Position numbers and translations under genes: made by a program. A stretch of DNA of 64,000 nucleotides from a virus. The notes under the pieces were generated by a model. That model searched no databases and was not told where the DNA came from. It worked only from the letters and a program-made list of their open reading frames with translations. Shown in pieces: positions 61,101 through 64,000 of the stretch. The stretch is from IMG/VR virus record IMGVR_UViG_3300028025_003852, positions 8,815-72,814 of that record; one strand, given 5' to 3'. Each line of letters starts with the position of its first letter. Within the stretch, counting starts at the first letter, position 1.

Positions 61101-62302
61101 AGAGAGAATGCTAGGTCATAGTCTGCCAAGCTTATGTTTCCAGTTGATGCTAATAGTTCACCAACAGGCAGGTTGGTCTGCCCTAGATTTGCAGCAACCT
61201 TTTTAATTGAATAGCTTTTTGTCATATCAGTTAAATCGATAGCTAGCCTTGCAGAAAGCTCAATAAGCTCAAATGGGTAGTCTTTTCTACTAAGAGAGTT
61301 TACGATAACTCTTAAGCCTTTAACTGAAAGATACTCGGTACCGTCAAGACTGCTATCTGTAAAGTTAGACAGAACTGGGGTATCTGTAGTAATAGACTCT
61401 GCCCCAGTTTCCCAAACACCATTGTTTAGCTGAAGCTCAAAGTATCCATCACGACCAATTAGTGGAACATCTACAGCTTTATATGCGGAAGAAAAGTCTT
61501 TAAGCGTTTGCCAAGTATTTGTAGAATCAAGGTATTGTATTTCCCAATTTACTGGAACAACACGATTTACTACTTGATCTTCCTCTTCATAGAATGGATC
61601 ATCAATAAATTCACCGTCACTATTGTAGTATGTTGATAGATCATTTGTTACCGTGCCAACGTGAGTTTGCATTTTGATAACTACCCTGTTAATTGGCACT
61701 GCTTCCTTATAAACAATAAAAGGTGCGGCATCAGAAATTCGATATTCGTCTTCTAGTTGATTTGGTATAAGGGTTGTGGATATTCCTCTTGCCACCATTT
61801 GCTCTTCGCCATCATTTGTTATTGTTTGATATCTAAATGAAGACCAATACTTAAAAGTATCATTTTTGTCCAACATGTAGTATCTTGGTCTAGCCATCAT
61901 CGATGTAGAGTCGTTATGCAAAAAATGAGTGTTTTTTCTAGAATAAAATGCTGCCTTGTTGATTCCAGATCTTGGTCTAAACTGCTTAAAGCAATCTTCC
62001 AAAGAATAGTAAAGTTTTACCTTGTCTTGGGTAGAGGCAAACGCAATTGGAATATCGTTTTGATCATACCCACCATCTACAACAATATCCGAGTCAGTAT
62101 ATCCGTAATAATATGGAACAGCTGTTTGTGCTGTTTCTTCTGAAAAGTCATGACGAATTACTTCGTTATGTCTATTACGGTAATTTCCAATTTTTAAAAT
62201 ATTGTCTGGATCGTTCATGTTTATTTCAGCATAAACCAATGAAGATATTTCAATTGTTGGACTATTTTGAAGATGCGTTTTTAGTGATGCTGAGCCAAAC
62301 AT
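58124..62302 (-). CDS. Large minor tail (hub/central) protein
   Basis: 1392 aa; FFDEYNNL and PHLQLGDIV hub-type motifs; two genes after tape measure. Confidence 0.7.
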   Translation of the reverse strand: MFGSASLKTHLQNSPTIEISSLVYAEINMNDPDNILKIGNYRNRHNEVIRHDFSEETAQTAVPYYYGYTDSDIVVDGGYDQNDIPIAFASTQDKVKLYYSLEDCFKQFRPRSGINKAAFYSRKNTHFLHNDSTSMMARPRYYMLDKNDTFKYWSSFRYQTITNDGEEQMVARGISTTLIPNQLEDEYRISDAAPFIVYKEAVPINRVVIKMQTHVGTVTNDLSTYYNSDGEFIDDPFYEEEDQVVNRVVPVNWEIQYLDSTNTWQTLKDFSSAYKAVDVPLIGRDGYFELQLNNGVWETGAESITTDTPVLSNFTDSSLDGTEYLSVKGLRVIVNSLSRKDYPFELIELSARLAIDLTDMTKSYSIKKVAANLGQTNLPVGELLASTGNISLADYDLAFSLENEDSVIAKRLQRNVQFKFFEIIKNVSSGGSVSDVYIPIKTMYADIFPMVDAKTRNVSLDLRDLFVQFESLTMPETFVRNASFSYAVAMVLDSIGFTNYIYKKSPNDDEPIIQDFFVEPNTSVAKVLEDLAVSTQTAMFFDEYNNLVLMSKSYMLPGIGDRPTNTEDLVLRGNSNGPALANIIDIQSQDQDIYNGGKITYTERYIQRTVREIRQASLLDNDRVFTYKPVVLWEVSPTEQTKPENGEIQNQSAYSLAAIPLHTDLTSEIPSVDQSNQVKNNVMNLGEGIYWITRYNGYFYANGEIIRFDAVEYSVQGVGNVWISSAEEYAEYFAQMAFNGKIFPTGRVKIFVEPFYLANGSTPKPGAVARHGRGQFNTRIVYHNAGLNNSHWAMNTSNIKGISMESSILFDVSKSIPATSNNSAGTFFDSIASTNTAKKSSRTGMIRNFLSSSYFAEDDPDSPQAKSTATVQSSALVFSGPAISSTPRDFVSYVQKDSLSTLVGQNPNHVGTRIRLIGQNSPDSSTQLPSGSFSAGQYGDVKVSANSAGIALMSSKENIGYFFEIAGLSSLNIEAYAPNDESLSNLMFYKTARNTANANSQGRATPIPLWYGRSNILVDDGKFVGQYRMATEENPTVYDLAIEYAQTIEPNSAGVPTAGITFYLYLNNKLIGKVTDTENPINISDSLALFVRGSTRAMFENVYALSNNKSANYYNSSETPLSAAASLSKETVIEESFRKYALPEAVSSTYLTGISPVAPKKQLLWFEEFGTIMREMDYFNIRYDKAYPALSAYIAPTFNSTKGYAISGFTPTAYGAEFLVFNITDKAISLDESSGNWLRILGVTFTQQTDRDLTLDEYFAENSNLSDPEFWNGAASGNIILNKNNYQRIKNSIAKYGKKEFSVDAMYIQNKSIAENTMKFLVKNVTVPKKAVGLDVFGVPHLQLGDIVSFDYQDGTTDIIADSTTRFVVYSIAHSRQGDGIKSTIYVSEVID

Positions 62303-62303
62303 T

Positions 62304-62972
62304 CTATGCCTCTTCCAAGCTTATAGATACAGACCACAAGTCATGAGTAGTAGCACCTCTTTTGTCTACATTGAATGAAAAATCAGAGATGTACATTTCC
62401 AGGGCTTCCGTATACTCACCAAGTCTAGCATACTTTCCACCATTTGCCCCAGCTCTCTCCTGAAGATTGTCATATGCCAATAAAACATAAAATGATCCAA
62501 CATGCTGGTCATACCACTCTTTTATGTCTGCCCCACCTGCTCCACCATCTACGGTATACTCTTCTCTATCATTATAGAATGAAGACTTTCCAGCAAAAAT
62601 TGTTTGTGTTTCTCCATCAAAAACATCAGAGATTGCAAATTCTGGTGATACAGCATATGACCTTGATGGCAGATTTTGCCAAGAAAGCCTAATCATCTTT
62701 TTATCATCAATGTGGTATGAACGCATTCTGCCATTAATCATTCGTTCTCTGGTTTCAATACGCTTTGGAGAAATGTCGATAGCTCCTCTATTGTGATCTG
62801 ACAAAATTAGAAAGGTCTCTAGGTTGTCTGTTTGTGAAGAATTAACCTCAAAGCCAGCTGGAATCAATCCTGAGTCTGATTGGTTATATGCCTCAGTAAA
62901 TGCAATACCCTGCGGTCTTGCATACTTTTTACGACCAGCAACATAATTAATTTCTTGGGGGGTAGCAGTCAT
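62304..62972 (-). CDS. Distal-tail-like protein
   Basis: Directly after tape measure; RERMINGRMRSY...W.VSISLEE. Confidence 0.6.
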   Translation of the reverse strand: MTATPQEINYVAGRKKYARPQGIAFTEAYNQSDSGLIPAGFEVNSSQTDNLETFLILSDHNRGAIDISPKRIETRERMINGRMRSYHIDDKKMIRLSWQNLPSRSYAVSPEFAISDVFDGETQTIFAGKSSFYNDREEYTVDGGAGGADIKEWYDQHVGSFYVLLAYDNLQERAGANGGKYARLGEYTEALEMYISDFSFNVDKRGATTHDLWSVSISLEEA

Positions 62973-64000
62973 TATCTAGTCACACCTCTAACTCGTTGTC
63001 CTTCTACTTGTTTAATTCTAGACATAACTGCACTTGCAATCTGGTCTGGATTTGCATTTGTTTCTGCGTTAACAACTATACTATAATTATACACTGATCC
63101 GCTGGCTTCTTGTGTAGCTTCTCCCTTGTTGAAGGATGGTCCCTTTCCATTATACTTAATTCCTGGGATACCAATCTTTGTACCCTTAAGATCTGGAATT
63201 TCTCCATTATTAATAGCTTCCATAAATGGAAGACCAACTTTAGAAACAGAAGATGCACGAACAACATACTCTCCATTTGAAAGCATTCTTGGAATAGAGT
63301 CTGATGTCCCAGTTCCTGGACCAGTAATCAAACCACCTTCGGCATTTCCAGTAAGCCAATTGCCTAAATTAGTTAACCAACCAGTTACAACATCAAAAGG
63401 AGAGACACCCTTGTCGAACCCCTCACCAGCCTTCTTACCTAGACCACTAAAAGCAGCATATGTGTTTCCTTCTTGAGCACTAACTGTTCCAGGAATTCCG
63501 CCAATATTACTACTCCATGCACTGCTAACCTTTCCTGCCTCACCTGTTCCTGACATTCCAAAAGCTGAAAAGCCTGATGCAACAGCTGGAGCCTGAGCAT
63601 TAATTAGTGGTGGAATGCCAGCAAAAGAATTACCCCATGCGTCTTTTGTGCCATTCGCTTTCTTACCTGCATTTGTAAGAATATCTGTAAAAGAAGTGTT
63701 TGTTTTATTAGTCACTACTTGTAGATAGTTTGGCATTTTCTTTGTATAAAGATCTTGATACACTGCTCCAATTTGATTAGCGCTAGTTTGAGCATTAGCA
63801 ACTGTCATGCCCATAAACTGAGATGCTCCTGGAATAGCATTTGCACTGTAGGCACCAGTAGTTGGTAGAGTAACTGGAGGAGTCGTAACAGGAGGTGGTG
63901 TAGTTGTGGTTGTTGTAACACCACCGCCGCCGCCGAATCCGCCGCCTCCACCGCCGCCGCCTGTGGCCGACTCTTCTTTCTTGGGCATTCTGTATTCAAG
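62972..64000 (-). CDS. Tape measure protein, C-terminal part
   Basis: AEGGLITGPGTGTSDSIPRMLSNGEYVVRA motif; frame open beyond window. Confidence 0.8.
   Translation of the reverse strand, partial: LEYRMPKKEESATGGGGGGGGFGGGGGVTTTTTTPPPVTTPPVTLPTTGAYSANAIPGASQFMGMTVANAQTSANQIGAVYQDLYTKKMPNYLQVVTNKTNTSFTDILTNAGKKANGTKDAWGNSFAGIPPLINAQAPAVASGFSAFGMSGTGEAGKVSSAWSSNIGGIPGTVSAQEGNTYAAFSGLGKKAGEGFDKGVSPFDVVTGWLTNLGNWLTGNAEGGLITGPGTGTSDSIPRMLSNGEYVVRASSVSKVGLPFMEAINNGEIPDLKGTKIGIPGIKYNGKGPSFNKGEATQEASGSVYNYSIVVNAETNANPDQIASAVMSRIKQVEGQRVRGVTR

Noticed and set aside
63895-63962. GC-rich CCG repeat as a separate element
   Set aside because: Encodes a Gly/Thr/Pro linker in the tape measure frame

Overview
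The window is a 64 kb segment of a large, AT-rich tailed dsDNA phage. The host is inferred to be an actinobacterium, from WhiB, class Ib NrdHIEF, DnaE-type polymerase, PafBC-type promoters and many leaderless genes. Layout: tail/structural genes on the minus strand at both ends (1-4.9 kb and 54.7-64 kb, ending in a partial tape measure gene); a plus-strand island of small, probably early genes (5.9-17.6 kb); an origin-like non-coding switch (17.4-18.1 kb); an accessory/metabolic block (RimK, ThyX, glycosyltransferases, WhiB, lone PaaA, tRNAs); and a replication/packaging block (NrdIEF, terminase, RuvC, Cas4-like, RecA, DnaE, SSB, primase, DnaB). The most unusual element is the early island. 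It is built from about 13 self-contained modules separated by a GC-rich GGGGCCGG..GATCCGGCC junction. By manual scan, every GATC between 5775 and 15950 lies in these junctions, and nearly all CCGG sites in the window do too. Sixteen promoters in the island match the DNA-damage PafBC/RecA-NDp pattern TGTCnG-N10-TAnnnT, and the intergenic DNA also carries DnaA-, WhiA- and MtrA/GlnR-like boxes. Also found: a family of covarying RNA pseudoknots, a hairpin sRNA antisense to the start of the helicase operon, and other candidate ncRNAs. All motif counts are by eye and all protein calls come from recognised motifs, not database searches.
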